Below, one piece after another: positions 11,691 to 23,953 of a stretch of DNA of 64,000 nt. The notes beneath the pieces are model-generated. The model saw only the letters and a list, made by a program, of their open reading frames with translations, was not told where the DNA came from and searched no databases. Numbering within the stretch: the first letter of the stretch is position 1; every line of letters begins with the position of its first letter. The translations under genes and the position numbers were made by a program. This DNA is from Moniliella sp. 'wahieum'. Taxonomy: Eukaryota. The stretch is taken from the NCBI GenBank assembly GCA_003971905.1, contig RSEE01000015.1, positions 62,001-126,000 of the forward strand, written 5' to 3'.

Positions 11691-12453
11691 CAGAAAGGCT
11701 AATCTCTTTAATCTCTTTGCGATGGAGCATCTCGCTGGCGACTGCAGTTCTTACACGCTGCCTGGCATTGATGGGGATGAAACGTCTCGTGGAGCCAGGA
11801 AATGGGCGGATATCTTTGCTTACCTCGCTGGGTTATGAAAGAGGAAGACATTGTTGTGGCTGTGGGCTATCCCTAATCTGCTGCTGGGAAAAGGGGAAAT
11901 GAATCTGAGTTCAGCATGGTACTATCGTGACGGGAACATGGCTGCATCATCCTCGTCATTCTGATACGGCCTGTAGCAGGTTTCCGCCAGAGCGGACCTA
12001 CACTTGCTTTGCTATCGTTTATACACTGTTCCAGGCCGCCATCGGAGGTCTTGGCCATGCCGGAGACCGTATTGGCCCACGCGACCCCTGTCGCGTAAGG
12101 TATCAATGCGCTTCTCTCGGCTGGGTAGCCATATGGGATAGCATAGTACCCCCTCTTCTCCCTTTCAGCAGCAGGCTGTTCGGCTGCAGGGTCGAATGCT
12201 GACGATGAACGTAGACGGACTGGTCGTGTGACATGTGAGCGCTCAGCTGAGCGCTGGGTGGGCACAGTCCGCAGCCTCTCCTTAGTGGATTAAGATAAGC
12301 GCTTAGGCTAAGCGCTAAGCACAGTCGAGGGGATCCTGCTTACGTCAGCGTCCCCTCGCGCCGCGTGACGCGTGCTTGCTGTTTTTGTGTGCCTCTTGGC
12401 GAGGGCCATTTGGGGGCGGCTCTTGGCCAGCAACGGGCTGGACGTGCTTGGCG

Positions 12454-15147
12454 ATGCTGCCCGAGGTGCTTCTGATCCTAGGCGGACATCCGTCGTCGCT
12501 CGTTGCCGCCTACGCACCCGACGGCACCCCCAGCCTTGAGGGAACGGCTTGGCCTCCCTGACTAGTGAGCCCGAGCTGCTTACTGCCCTCGATGCGTCGG
12601 TGCGTGTCCTCCCCGAAGTCCCGCTGCGACCCGGGGAGCGAGCGCAGCTCCAAAGTCTCGCGGAACTCGGATGGAGTGTCCGTCTTGTCCATCGGTTCGC
12701 ACAGGTCCATCTCGAGCGCTCTCGCATCCAACTTCTGCGCCGCGCTGCCTCCCGTGCCGCGCGTCCCGATGACCGCGTCTCTGCCCACCTCGCACCGCTT
12801 TGGCAGCGCTCCTGAAAGCCCTCGATGCGTATCAGAAGCGCGTCTTGGTCATCGAGCAGGCTCTCTTGGACCACGACCCAGGCTTTGTCGCGTCTCATTC
12901 TTTTGTATCCCTCCTCTCGGTGCGCGCCGAGTTGGCTGACTGGTACCCGCGTCTGCTGGCGCTACGGCGACTGGTACGAGCCTTGCTCCTAGGCCCACGG
13001 GAGAGCCACACCCTCCTCGGCTTGTCCGATATGGCGGACGTGGAGTCTCTGCCTAAGGGTCTGGAGGGATGGACGGGGGGTTGCTGATTGATCTGCTGGA
13101 CCATGCGGTGGATACGGGGATCGCCCGAGTGGCAGATCTCATGGCGTCGGTGCGTGAAGCAGTGGAGGATAGCTGGACGGTGATTCTGATCGATTGGGTG
13201 TGCCAGGCACAGTGTGGCAGTCCTGTGTCCATGGGATCACACCTTACATCATCTGGCCGGGACGCTCTTGTGGAGCAAACAGAGACCGATTGGGTCCTAC
13301 GACCTTACGCGCTCCCTCGCTCCATCCCTTCCTCCCTTGCCCACCCATCCTCTATATCGGCCGCGCATTGCACCGGGTTAAGTATTTTGCCACGGGTCGC
13401 GGCGGAGCCGAGGTTGGCCCAATACCTCAATCCCTCGCCACAGTTTACGCGGCACGTCTGCGCCGGTCCGATGCTCGTCCTAGCCATCCGCATGTTTTCC
13501 CAAACATTGCTCGACCTGCAACAAGAGGTGGGCGAGTGGCTCTGGCGCACCGTCTTGACCAATGAGGTGGTCGTATCAGCCTTGGAGGATTTGGGCCAGT
13601 TTTTTCTCCTTCGGAATGGCAGTTTGTCTGTTCTCTCCTGTCAGAACTGAAACGCGCCAAGAAGGCAAAAGAGAATGCTCAGACTGCATCCTCTGCCGCT
13701 CTGCACGAAGCCGACATGGAACAAGCCCTACACCGAACCATAGGGGATATGGAACACCCATCGATGGAACGCTTGCATTGGCGTCCTGTTCTCCCTGGAG
13801 AGGAGGCAGAATCTTTCGCTCACCACGCGGGAGTGCCTGGATGGCAATTGAGCTACACGGCCGAGTTCCCCTGGACTTGTTCCTGTCCCCTACCGAAGTG
13901 GCTCGATATGCGACATTTTCCTCTTACTTGTTCTCGTTATGCAACACCCACCGCCGCGTCGTGGAGTGTGGACCACCCTCTCCAACAACCAACGAGTGCG
14001 GCGCAAGTTTACTGGCGTTGGAGAGGGCGGCGTGAATTCCAAAGAGGTTAAGCATCGTTCTGACGTGCTCCGTCTCGCATGGTGCCTTGCGCGAGACTTG
14101 ATTTGGTTCTTGGATACTCTGCTCGGGCATTTCCAGGTACGTTCCCTCTGCGGGTCCGGTTCAATGCTAACTGTAGCGCAGACGGATGTGATTGAGGTTC
14201 AGTACCACACTCTACTCAACCAATTATACCAAGCCCATGAGCAAAGACAAGATAAACGGGAAAAGCGACTTAGCAATGCCTCCAGCCCGCAGCTTCTCCA
14301 TCTCGTGCGGCCAGTAGCCTACCGGGACGTCCGGTGCGGCACCTTTCTTCCCCTACCAAACTTGGCAAGCACCCTCAACGATGCTTCCCTTCCCCTCAAG
14401 GCTGGGGGGACGCGCCTCACACATATTGGAGGAGGGGGCAAGGACACGGGCCCAGAGCACCCCCGGGCCTGAATGGCGCCCGCCCAGCACGTTTGGGCTC
14501 AGCGTATCCCACGCAAGGTAGTAGGCTGTCATTAGGCCCACGCAGTGTGGCTCCTCGCAAGGCTGGGGTGGTGGGAGGGAACCCTCCCGGCTAGATTTTG
14601 CAGATGTGCGCACCCTGCATACCACGTTCCTGGCGTACGTGCAGGACGGGTGCTGCTCTCCTCCCTCCGTTGTGCAAGCTGGTGATGGCGTGGTGGGCAA
14701 CTGCGAGCGTCTTTATGGGCTGATCGCCCGGTGGGGGGGGGATGTGCTTGGCTTATTGAGCGAAGGCTCGGTTGGGGATGACCGGGCCAGTGCTGCCGAG
14801 TCGGCGGAGCTGAAGGTGCGGTACGAGGCCATGCTTGCGCTGGTGGTCGATGTGCGCGAACAGCTGCGGGACTTTTTTGAGTTTTGGTGGAAGGGCCCGG
14901 GGCGCGGGAGCCGTCCCGACCAGTGGCGGGCTCGGGCGGGCTGAACAAAGCTCAAGGTTGAAGCGGAAATGGGCGCGACCGCACGGCAACACTTCACCCA
15001 CTTGCTGCCCGGCTGGACTTTAATGGCTTCTTCACCGGCACCAATCTGCGCCATTACGAGGAGGCCAGCGGGCCATGGAGACACCGTGGCGGCCAAGCCA
15101 GGACAACGACCAAGGCCAGGGCAACGACCAAGGCAGATGCGCAATGA
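12454..15147 (+). CDS. Gamma-tubulin complex component (Spc97/98 family, GCP4-like); end approximate
   Basis: N-terminal MLPEVLLILGGHPSS, internal 'LEDLGQFFLLRNG', 'PLDLFLS' and 'QTDVIEVQY', and C-terminal RLDFNGFF, all typical of GCP proteins. Confidence 0.82.
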
Positions 15148-15299
15148 TGGACTGGTCAACCTTTGGGCCGTGCAGACTGGCGTCTCACCCACTTGGGTCA
15201 GAGGAGCATATGTGAGTACTATGGTAACAAGACGAAGTGGTGCAGATGCGCATATTGTCGCTTGCCCAGCAATTTGCCATTAGCTGTAACATCTTGTAA

Positions 15300-15398
15300 G
15301 TCGGGTTAGCTCAGATGGAGAGCGTGAGATTGAAGGGCATCTTCGATAAAAATCCCCCCGGATTCCTCAAGGTCCCCGGTTCGATCCGGGACACGACA
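15300..15398 (+). tRNA. tRNA-Phe(GAA) with anticodon-loop intron
   Basis: GTCGGGT acceptor, TAGCTCAGATGGAGAGC D-arm/A-box, TGAGA-TT-GAA (15332-15334), ~25-nt intron, CCCGG-TTCGAT-CCGGG T-arm, ACACGAC-A end, followed by an oligo-T Pol III terminator. Confidence 0.88.
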
Positions 15399-15823
15399 TT
15401 TTTTTATGGAAGCAGTTTGGCCTGCATTGGTGAGAGCACGACCCGAGAGAATACTCATCTCGCTCCTCTGCAGTTTTGAGGCCCTTTTGCGGCCCAGCAA
15501 AGCGAGTACAACGCTGGATACTCGTGGCGTGGTTTTATCTTCAATCTCAAGCGGTTACGCCCTTGACAAGATGCGATAGAGCAGCAGTGCTACCATCCCA
15601 GCTTGACACTACTCGCTTGGAACGAATCCAACGTCACTCGGATGTCTACCAAGCTCACCCGTTTCCCCCAAGGTTCTGGTAACTCGTGTTACATGTTACA
15701 TCCAATTGGGAGGCCGATGGGTGGGGGGTTAGCACTTGGCCTTCGAGAAACATTACTATCTTTGCTTGAAGGATCAGGTCACCATCATACGATCATCATC
15801 GTCCTCCCGCTGCCAGCGCCAGC

Positions 15824-18800
15824 TTATCCACGGGACTCATCTCCGTGTGGCTTGCGTGTCGGGCGAAGACTTTGGCCGGGGGGAAGGTTGTGGAGCGCGC
15901 TAATAAGCTCGGCGCGGCGGATCGGCTTGGATACGTAGCCATTCATCCCGGCTTGGAGACATCGCTCTTTGTCTCCCAACATGGCATGCGCAGTCAGAGC
16001 AATAATCGGCACCGCCGTCTCCTCAATCCCCTCGTTCTTCTCCCACGCCCGGATCGCCATCGTTGCTTCAATCCCGCCCATGATGGGCATCGATACGTCC
16101 ATCAAGATCACGTCGTACGCTTTGAGCTTGACTGCATCCACAGCCTCTGCCCATTCGGCACCACATCGATCCGATGTCCTTGGTTGCTGAGCAATTTGAC
16201 GGCCAACTTCTGGTTCACTTGGTTGTCCTCGGCCAGGAGAATATCGTAGGTACGTCCGTCGTTCCCTCTGACGGAACAGCCGCCGCACTTTCAAGCGAGG
16301 GAAGGAGGGTGTGCATAATGTCCACCACCGAGGCTGGGGTGGTGATGTAGCTGCCGATCCCATTGTCAAGGCAGAAGGTGAGACTGAGTGTGATCTCGTA
16401 GGGGTAATCAAGTTGATGGGGATGTAATGCAGCGTCTCAACCAAGCGTAGGTCCCCCACTGCTTCAATTGAGTCAACAATGATCGAGTCGATGCGCGGGA
16501 GACGGTGCTGGCGGCTGAGCACCAGCGCTTCCTCGACCGAGTGGCAATGAATTGGGTTCAGCTTCAGCTGCCGCAACATATCCACGATTCCGGTTTGGTC
16601 GTGTAGCGTGTCGAGGAAGAAGATATTGCGGTCCATGTAGGGGCGGATCTTGTCCAGCATCTGGTCTTGGGACAACTTGTCGATTTTTACCACCATCGTA
16701 AAGAAAAACTCGGACCCCTTTCCATAGTCGCTTTGAACCCACAGATCCCCTCCCATGAGCTTGACCAACCGACGAGAAATGCTGAGCCCTAAGCCTGTGC
16801 CACCATATTTACGCGTTGTTGACCCGTCCGCTTGACTAAACGTGTCAAAGATGAGATCCAGCTTCTCTGGCTTGATCCCAATTCCCGAGTCGGATGCGCA
16901 AAACTCCACATCACCTCATTTTCCGAATCTGCCGAGCAACCTTGCACGTGAGCGAGACACGCCCCCCTGATTCGGGTGAACTTGACCGCATTGCCAATCA
17001 AGTTGGTGATGATCTGCTTGAGCCGAAGCGCGTCGCCCACCAGTGGGTGGGGCAGTCACGAGACACTTCATAGAGCAAACGCAACTTCTTTTGCGTCGCT
17101 CGGACCGAGAGTGTCTTTAACACGCCCAAAACGATACTCCGTAGACTGAACGGAACCTCCTCACCGTCATCCGCCCGCTTCAATCTTGGAGATGTCAAGA
17201 ATATCGTCAATGATAGCCAGCAGACCGCCCGCAAGGGTCGAAAGTGACCAAGTTCTCCCTTGGCCACGGCTCAGCTCCGACTCAAGCGTGAGGGTGGTGA
17301 GGCCAATAATACCGTTCATCGGGGTACGAATCTCATGGGACATGTTGGCCAAGAACTCCGACTTGGATCGGTTCGCCAATTCGGCCGCCTCCCTTGCAGC
17401 CGTTTTTCTGGATAGAGTCGCGCAAACTGAAGACATTTGGTTAATTTTGGTCTTCAGAGAGTCCATCTCGCCATTGGCTTCGACGGTGACGAAACGGGTA
17501 AAGTCCCATCGGTAGCCGCAGCGGTGATGGGCAAAGGCGCGCACTGGAGGTGGGTTGTGGCCATAATGTTGACGTTGTCTGTAATCTCCGCCCACTTTCC
17601 CTTGACGTCTTGGCTTCAGCTGTACACCCAACTTCCCTCCGTTCCCACTTCGCGTGCGACGCGGGTGACTTCCGAGGCGAAGAAAGAGAGCTGGTCAATC
17701 ATGTTGTTGATTGTGTTGACCAAATCCAGCATTTCGCCCGCCACGGCGATAGTGACCTTTTGGCTGAGATCGCCATTGGCCACCGCGGTCGTAGCATGGG
17801 CAATGGTGCGCACTTGCAATGTGAGGTTGCCGGCCATCGTGTTAACCGATTCAGTAAGATCCTTCCACGTCCCTTCTATGCCAAGCACGACAGCTTTGCC
17901 CCCAAGTTTGCCCTCGGTACCCACTTCTCGGGCGACCCGAGTCACCTCTCGGTAGAAAAGGTGCGGAGGAACTTGACCATCTCGTTCACGGTCAACTTGA
18001 GGTCGAGCAGCTCACCACGCACCTCGACGTTGATGGTCTGTCCCAAGTCACCGCGAGCAACGGCGGTGGTAACCGCGGCAATAGAGCGCACTTGGGTTGT
18101 TAGGTTGGCGGCCATCATGTTGACTCGGTCGGTGAGGACCTGCCACTGCCCTTTGACCCCTCGAACATTGGCCTGCCCCCGAGCCGACCTTCCGTTCCCA
18201 CTTCGACAGAGACACGGATGATCTCATCCGATAAAGTTTTGAGTTGTTTGACCATATTGTTGACAGTGATCTTGAGATCCAGGATCTCGCCCTTGGCATC
18301 AACGTTGATAAACTCTGTCAAAACGCCCTCTTCGACATTCTTGGTCACCCGAGCAATTTCGCGTACTTGGGAGGTCAAATTGTCGGCCATGCGATTTACA
18401 TTGTCGGTCAAGTCCTTCCAGGTGCCTTCGACGTTAGGTACATGCGCTTGCCCGCCGAGCTTGCCATAGGTGCCCACCTCCATCGACATGCGCACCACCT
18501 CCGACGCAAACACGCGCAGCCGGGCAACCATCGAATTGACCGTATCCTTCAACTGGGCCATCTCGCCTCGGCCTCAATGTCGATGGTCTTGGTCAGGTTG
18601 CCCTTGGCAACGGCGGTAGTGACCATGGAGATAGACCGCACCTGTTCCGTCAGATTAGAGCACATGCGATTCACGTTGATGGTCAATTCCTTCCACACGC
18701 CTCGACGCCGGGAACGCTGGCTTGTCCTCCCAGTTGGCCCATAGAGCCCACCTCCCTCGAGACACGAGTCACTTCGTTGGCAAAGTCCCGAAGTTGGTCA

Positions 18801-20391
18801 ACCATCGTATTCATCGTATCGATCAAGTCGCGCATCTCGCCCTCGGCTTGGACCTCGATTTTGCGGCTCAGGTCACCTCGAGCGACAGCCTTGGTACACA
18901 TGCTTACCCCGCGTACTTGGTTGGTCAAATTCATAGCCAAGTTGTTGACTACATTCTTGAGCTCTTTCCAGCGGCCCTCGACGCCCTCGGCCTTAACTTG
19001 CCCACCCAACTTGCCCTGCGTGCCCACTTCGAGACTGACTCGGGTCACATCGGCGGTAAACTCAGAGAGGTTTTTGACCATCTGGTTGATAATCTCCTTG
19101 AGTTCTTGCATCACCGGCCCGCGTTGGCACCGTCACGTACTGCGACAAATCACCAAACGCCACAGCCTGGGAACAGCAGAAATGGTTTGGTTCAGTCATT
19201 CTACCTAACATGGATAAGAAGGGAATTTACCTTGCACACCCGAGCAATGTCCTGTACTTGAGCCTTCAACAACCGTAGCTCCTCCTCGTCCGACAATTTG
19301 GGTAAAGGGGAATGCTCCTCGTCTTCGCCGTCGGTGGGGACATACGCCAACTCCAAGTCGCGCATCACGGTCGTAGGTGACTCACCACCGAGCATTTGAG
19401 AAGATATGGGCATGAGAGGAGGGTGAGGCGCAGGTATTGGAATCACCTTAGAGGGGTGTGCGCTGTCCGAAAACTGGGTGTCCCCGAGCGGAGGTGAACC
19501 AGCACGTGTCGCTTCCCCCGCGTGCATGTAATCCTCCAATGACTGGGGCAGGGAGGACGAGCTTTGTCGAGACATGTTGGTGTGCATGGAAGTAGGGCGG
19601 ACGATTCTGCGCTTTCCCATGACAGGGAATGAGGAGGGATCGTCCGAGACGGAGGGAGTTAGGGAAAACGGACTAATCGGTGTCCCACGGCCACTCCATT
19701 GAGTTGGAATGGAGGGAGAGTGTCAGGCAAGCCTGCGTAGATGCTGGAGGTCAGGCGGGCCGTGTGCTGAGCGGAGGCCCAACGCTGGGCCCACAGACGC
19801 CATCAAGGCATCGGCTTGGTCCAGGAGATCGCCGTCAGCAAGAAGGTCCAGCTCGTCGGGCAGAGCATACGAGGGCACTGTGCCGTTCTGCTGGGCCTGC
19901 GGTTGGGGGGTGGAAAGCTGGGTTTGTAGCGCGGCGGAAAGTGCCGATGGAGAGGCGGAGGCGGAGGTGGAGGTGGATGTGGAGGCGGAAGTAGAGGCGG
20001 CGGCGGGGCAGGAAGGAAGGCAGCTGGGGGTGCAAAGGCAGCCGCCTGGGTGGGCGTGGCATTGCTGCTGCGGCTCTAAATGTGGCAGCAGCGGCGGCAG
20101 AAGCGGGGACAGGGCGGGAGGAGTGGCGGGCACGCGTCCGGCGGCGGGACAGAGGGAGAGGATGGCCTGGGCCGGCGGGTCGGAGTGGGCGAGGGCGGCG
20201 GCACGCTGCTCCTCCCACTGGACCATGACGGTGAGCATGTGCACCAGGCGGGCCAGGCGGCGGTCGGAGGCGGCCGGGGCGATGGGGGGGCGTGGATCGG
20301 CGCCTGGGCTGGGCGCAGCGGCTGCCCATGGCGGTGGTGGGGGCGGCGGCGGCGGCGGCAGGTGCGTGTGGGAGGCTGCTGTGCTGGCCAT
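15824..20391 (-). CDS. NIK1: Group III hybrid histidine kinase (Nik1/Os-1/Tco1 type): poly-HAMP, HisKA, HATPase_c, receiver; both ends approximate
   Basis: Six '(E/D)V.R...EVG..G.LG' repeats at ~276-bp spacing (17670-19050). H-box [20 protein letters not shown]-box [11 protein letters not shown]1 DSGIGI, G2 GGTGLGL, receiver LMDVSMP and SKP. Confidence 0.93.
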
Positions 20392-20992
20392 TGGGGGTGG
20401 TGGCGGTGGGGCAGACGAAGGAGGCGCGGATGGGGGATGGCGGCGCACCGCGCCATCGAGGGAGCAGTCGGAGATCTGAACGTTCAAGTTGGACGTCGGC
20501 CATGGGGCTTCTGCTGTCTGGTGCTGAAGGATGCCGGTGATCCGGTGACATGTGACATGTGATGGGATGCAGATGGCTCGCCACGCTCCAAGCCACTTGC
20601 GCGGGCTCATATTCATACGAAGAAAAGGCTTTCTTTTTTCTCTCCCATGTCCTTTCGCTTTGCTTGCAGCCAGCCCCCTTCCCATTGTCTTCTCTTTCGC
20701 ACATGCGCTCATACCAGCTTGTGCAAAGCAGTACCCGTCAGCCGAATCAATTCGTACAGACCAGGGAGCTCAGGCTCAGGCCTGAGCCTCAGGCAGGAGG
20801 ACCTCATGCCTTCGGGTCCCAAACGTTCTCAACCGGCCCCACGCCAGAAGGCCTGGAGACTGACTGGCGACTGAGTACCTGTTGAGTGCTGGCTGAGTGT
20901 ACTAACTTCCGACAACTGACATCTGACATCTGACATCTGACAGCCTGACGTTGGAAACATGAATTTTGCTTACCCTCCGGGCACATGCCTCA

Positions 20993-21076
20993 GGTTCCAT
21001 AGTAGTTGGTTAGCAAGTAGGATTCTGATCGCAACGGTCTACTCCTGAAACCTGGGTTCGAATCCCAGTGGGACCT
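20993..21076 (+). tRNA. tRNA-Gln(CTG) with short intron
   Basis: GGTTCCA/TGGGACC acceptor stem, TAGGA-TT-CTG (21025-21027)-A, ~13-nt intron, TCCTG, CTGGG-TTCGAAT-CCCAG T-arm and a T-rich terminator. The D-arm looks slightly short. Confidence 0.85.
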
Positions 21077-21646
21077 TCTCTTTTAGATGATCTGCAGCGT
21101 GACAGTGGAAGCTTCTGTTTATATGCAACGTAGCTGTCACGGTCCTCTTAGCTAGTAGCCGGTGAGAGCTGCGTTGAGGGCTGCGTTTTGCGTACTTGCA
21201 TCTTGATCGACTCTGCGGCGGAGGCGGAGCTGCGGCAGAACGTCTAGTGTGCGGGGAGGCAAGGAGCGAGGACGCCCCTGAGTAGTACTGAGGAGTACCG
21301 TTGAGCATGAGTTCTGAGCGCGATCATAATAGTGAGGGGGGAGGGGCACTGTGGCAGAGATGTGCAATGAGAAGAGTGAGATCTATGTATTACACACACA
21401 CACAAGTGAAAAGCGTCATGTCCATCTCACGCGCCCCAGGACGCTTCCGCTGGACAGCCACTAATTAATACACGAAAGGGATAGGCTGTAGGGTTGAGCT
21501 GCGCCACACGCAACCTCGCAGGCAGTAAAGAGACAACCATATTTTCCTGTTCTTTGTCGTCTCCTCTTCCTGACCGACGCTCTTGCTTGCAAGCCGCCGC
21601 CACCAGACCAGACTGTGGGGGCTCCGCTACCGCATCTCTCTCGCCC

Positions 21647-23942
21647 ATGCTTCGAAACGCCATCTACCGAGCGGCCAGCAGTGTGGCTGCCGCCATGGCT
21701 CCCCCTGATGCATCCCATCTTCATCATCAGAGCCAAGAGGCAGTTCGTCGTCATCAACACCGGCCGTCGTCCCTTGCGCAAATGCCACCCACATTGATTT
21801 TCCCCGACCAAGACGCCCATGATGATTCTCCATCCGATACCGAGGATATTTCCCTTTACGTCCGGACGCCCTCTCGTGGCCGGAGGAATGAGCGTCCAGC
21901 GGCCCGTCAAAGGGGACGTGAGCCAAGTCGCTCTCCTCGCTCCCAACGACAGAGACCCAGCCGGACCTGCTTACTTTTCTCCCCCAAACCCATTCAACTT
22001 TCTGGCGATTCCGACGACGACATGCTTACGGAGACGGCGGTGAGTCTCTGTCAAGCACAGCACGCACATGGCGTGCTACTGCACATTATGCCACTTGTGG
22101 CTTTGTCTCTTTGTATCCACCCGTTGCCTCCTATCCGACGATGAGGACGACGATTATCGCCATGAGCAGGGAGGGGAAGAGGAGCAAGCGCATTCGCCCC
22201 ATCTCCCGAGAGATTCCGTCTACCACTTTAACGGCGACAGGAATCCCGGTAGACACGAAGATGGTCTGCAACGTCCGGTATGGAGGATGCACATGTTGTG
22301 GACGAGCAGGACTTGGCCGGGCTTCCCGCCCTTTATCCCCAACGTTACCGCAAAAGAAGCCCACTCTTAACTCATCGCAAATGAACATGCAAGGCGATTC
22401 ACCTCCTCCCAATACACCAAGTCCTAGTTTCTCCGATGAGACTACTGCCATGCTTAATGGCAAGGCGATCTTCCCCCACCCCCGAGTGCATCAGGAGGAC
22501 ACTGAGCCCCACCCACGGGAGCTGTGGAGGCTGATATCCCCACCTCCCCTGCCAAGGACAAGAAAGATTCTCTACTGTCCCGACGGCCGTTACACAACCG
22601 AATGATGAAACTGTTCCGCTCAACGACCACTGTGGGCAAGAAGAGGGGAGCCAGTCTACCCCTTCTGTTCCCTCCGAATCTTCCAAAACCCGCTCACGAA
22701 CCAGGTCGCGCAAAGGAAAGAAAAAGCGTTCCACCACCACATCAACGCCCATCATCACGGTAGAGCCGGCCAAAGTGGGAGAGGCCCATGCCGAAGCTGC
22801 TGCAGGTGGGTTTGGTCCGATCCCCAAAGGAGAGGAGAGAGATGAGTTTGGGTTTACGGCGTCGGATGCGAGGCGAGCCCATGCCAACTTTGCTGCGCGT
22901 CAGAGCGAGTGGTACCGTCCGACGTTCCCCCTTCCAAGGGAGTACGTTTCCTATGGCCTCCCTCCTCGAGCAAGACTCGATGAGAGGCAAGGCAGGATGT
23001 GGTGGTACCGTATTATGCGCCTACCCGAGGACCTGAACTGCCTCACTTTGGCTTTGCACGCGATCCTTGGCCCACGCCGGACCCACTCGATGCCTATACG
23101 GGAGGGTACGATTACGATCACATCATGGCTAGTGGCGGTGCCGGAAACATTCCGCCGGGCTGGGGGGACGGAGAGGAACTACCAGTACCGCTGAGGGTCA
23201 GTCGGGGTCTGCATTTGCTGCAACCGTACCCTTACCCAGCTCAACATGCGGACCGCGGCCCGATCTTAGCCTCTCCCCCCACTGTCAATGGCACTGGAGC
23301 GCACTCTCCACCCTTGAGCCCCTCACTCACTGCCAAGTCGACGGGCTCGGCCGGGCATAAAAACGCTCCGGGAACCGTCCTCGGTCGACATCCTCTGCCT
23401 TGGTGAGAAATGAGAGGAACTTCGGTTCTGAAGAAGGACTTGCCCCCCCAAGCGGAATCGGTCGCGATCGACTTCATCACACGGGCTGGAATTTACCCCT
23501 CTTGCTGCTCGTACCAAGAAAGAGGCGAAGAAAGATGCTGTGGCCGAGTGAGGCTCTTTCCAAGAATACATGGGTTTTGCGATCGGATATACCCTTCCGT
23601 TGGCCATCCAGCGCACTGTTGCCACTCCTGCTTTTTGTAGATGCATCCCACGCCAGTTTTGTGTTGCGCATGGTTATCGACCTCCAATCCATATGTGAGT
23701 GCTACGATAACAACCCATATAGCGAGAGTGTCCGTGACGATCACGATTGGAAACTATGGGAGAGGGAGCAGACCAAAGAAGCGAACAGCGGAGGGGGACG
23801 GGAGGCAGGGCACAGGGTGACGGATGCTTCGAAGTGCGTCCACCTCAAGGGGCCTGAGAGTGAAGGACCATACCGAAAGGAAGCGAACGAAGAGATACGG
23901 TGTGGCGAAGCAGATGCAAGAGACCGAAAAGTAGGGCACTAA
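21647..23942 (+). CDS. Hypothetical protein: S/P/R-rich disordered N-terminus and two putative C-terminal dsRNA-binding domains; end approximate
   Basis: Chain of overlapping + ORFs. Stitched frames give 'SVAIDFITRAGIYP..AARTKKEAKKDAV' and 'QFCVAHGYRPP.YVSATITTHIARVSVTITIGNYGRGS.PKKRTAEGD'. Confidence 0.5.
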
Positions 23943-23953
23943 GGAGGTTTCCC

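Noticed and set aside
11873..12265. 130-aa minus-strand ORF between the Rcf-like gene and GCP4
   Set aside because: No recognisable motif, start context or splice support, so it could not be supported as a gene.
17600..19100. ~276-bp periodic repeats as a repeat array or CRISPR-like locus
   Set aside because: They are the coding poly-HAMP repeats of the histidine kinase. There are no identical repeats with unique spacers, and the sequence is eukaryotic.
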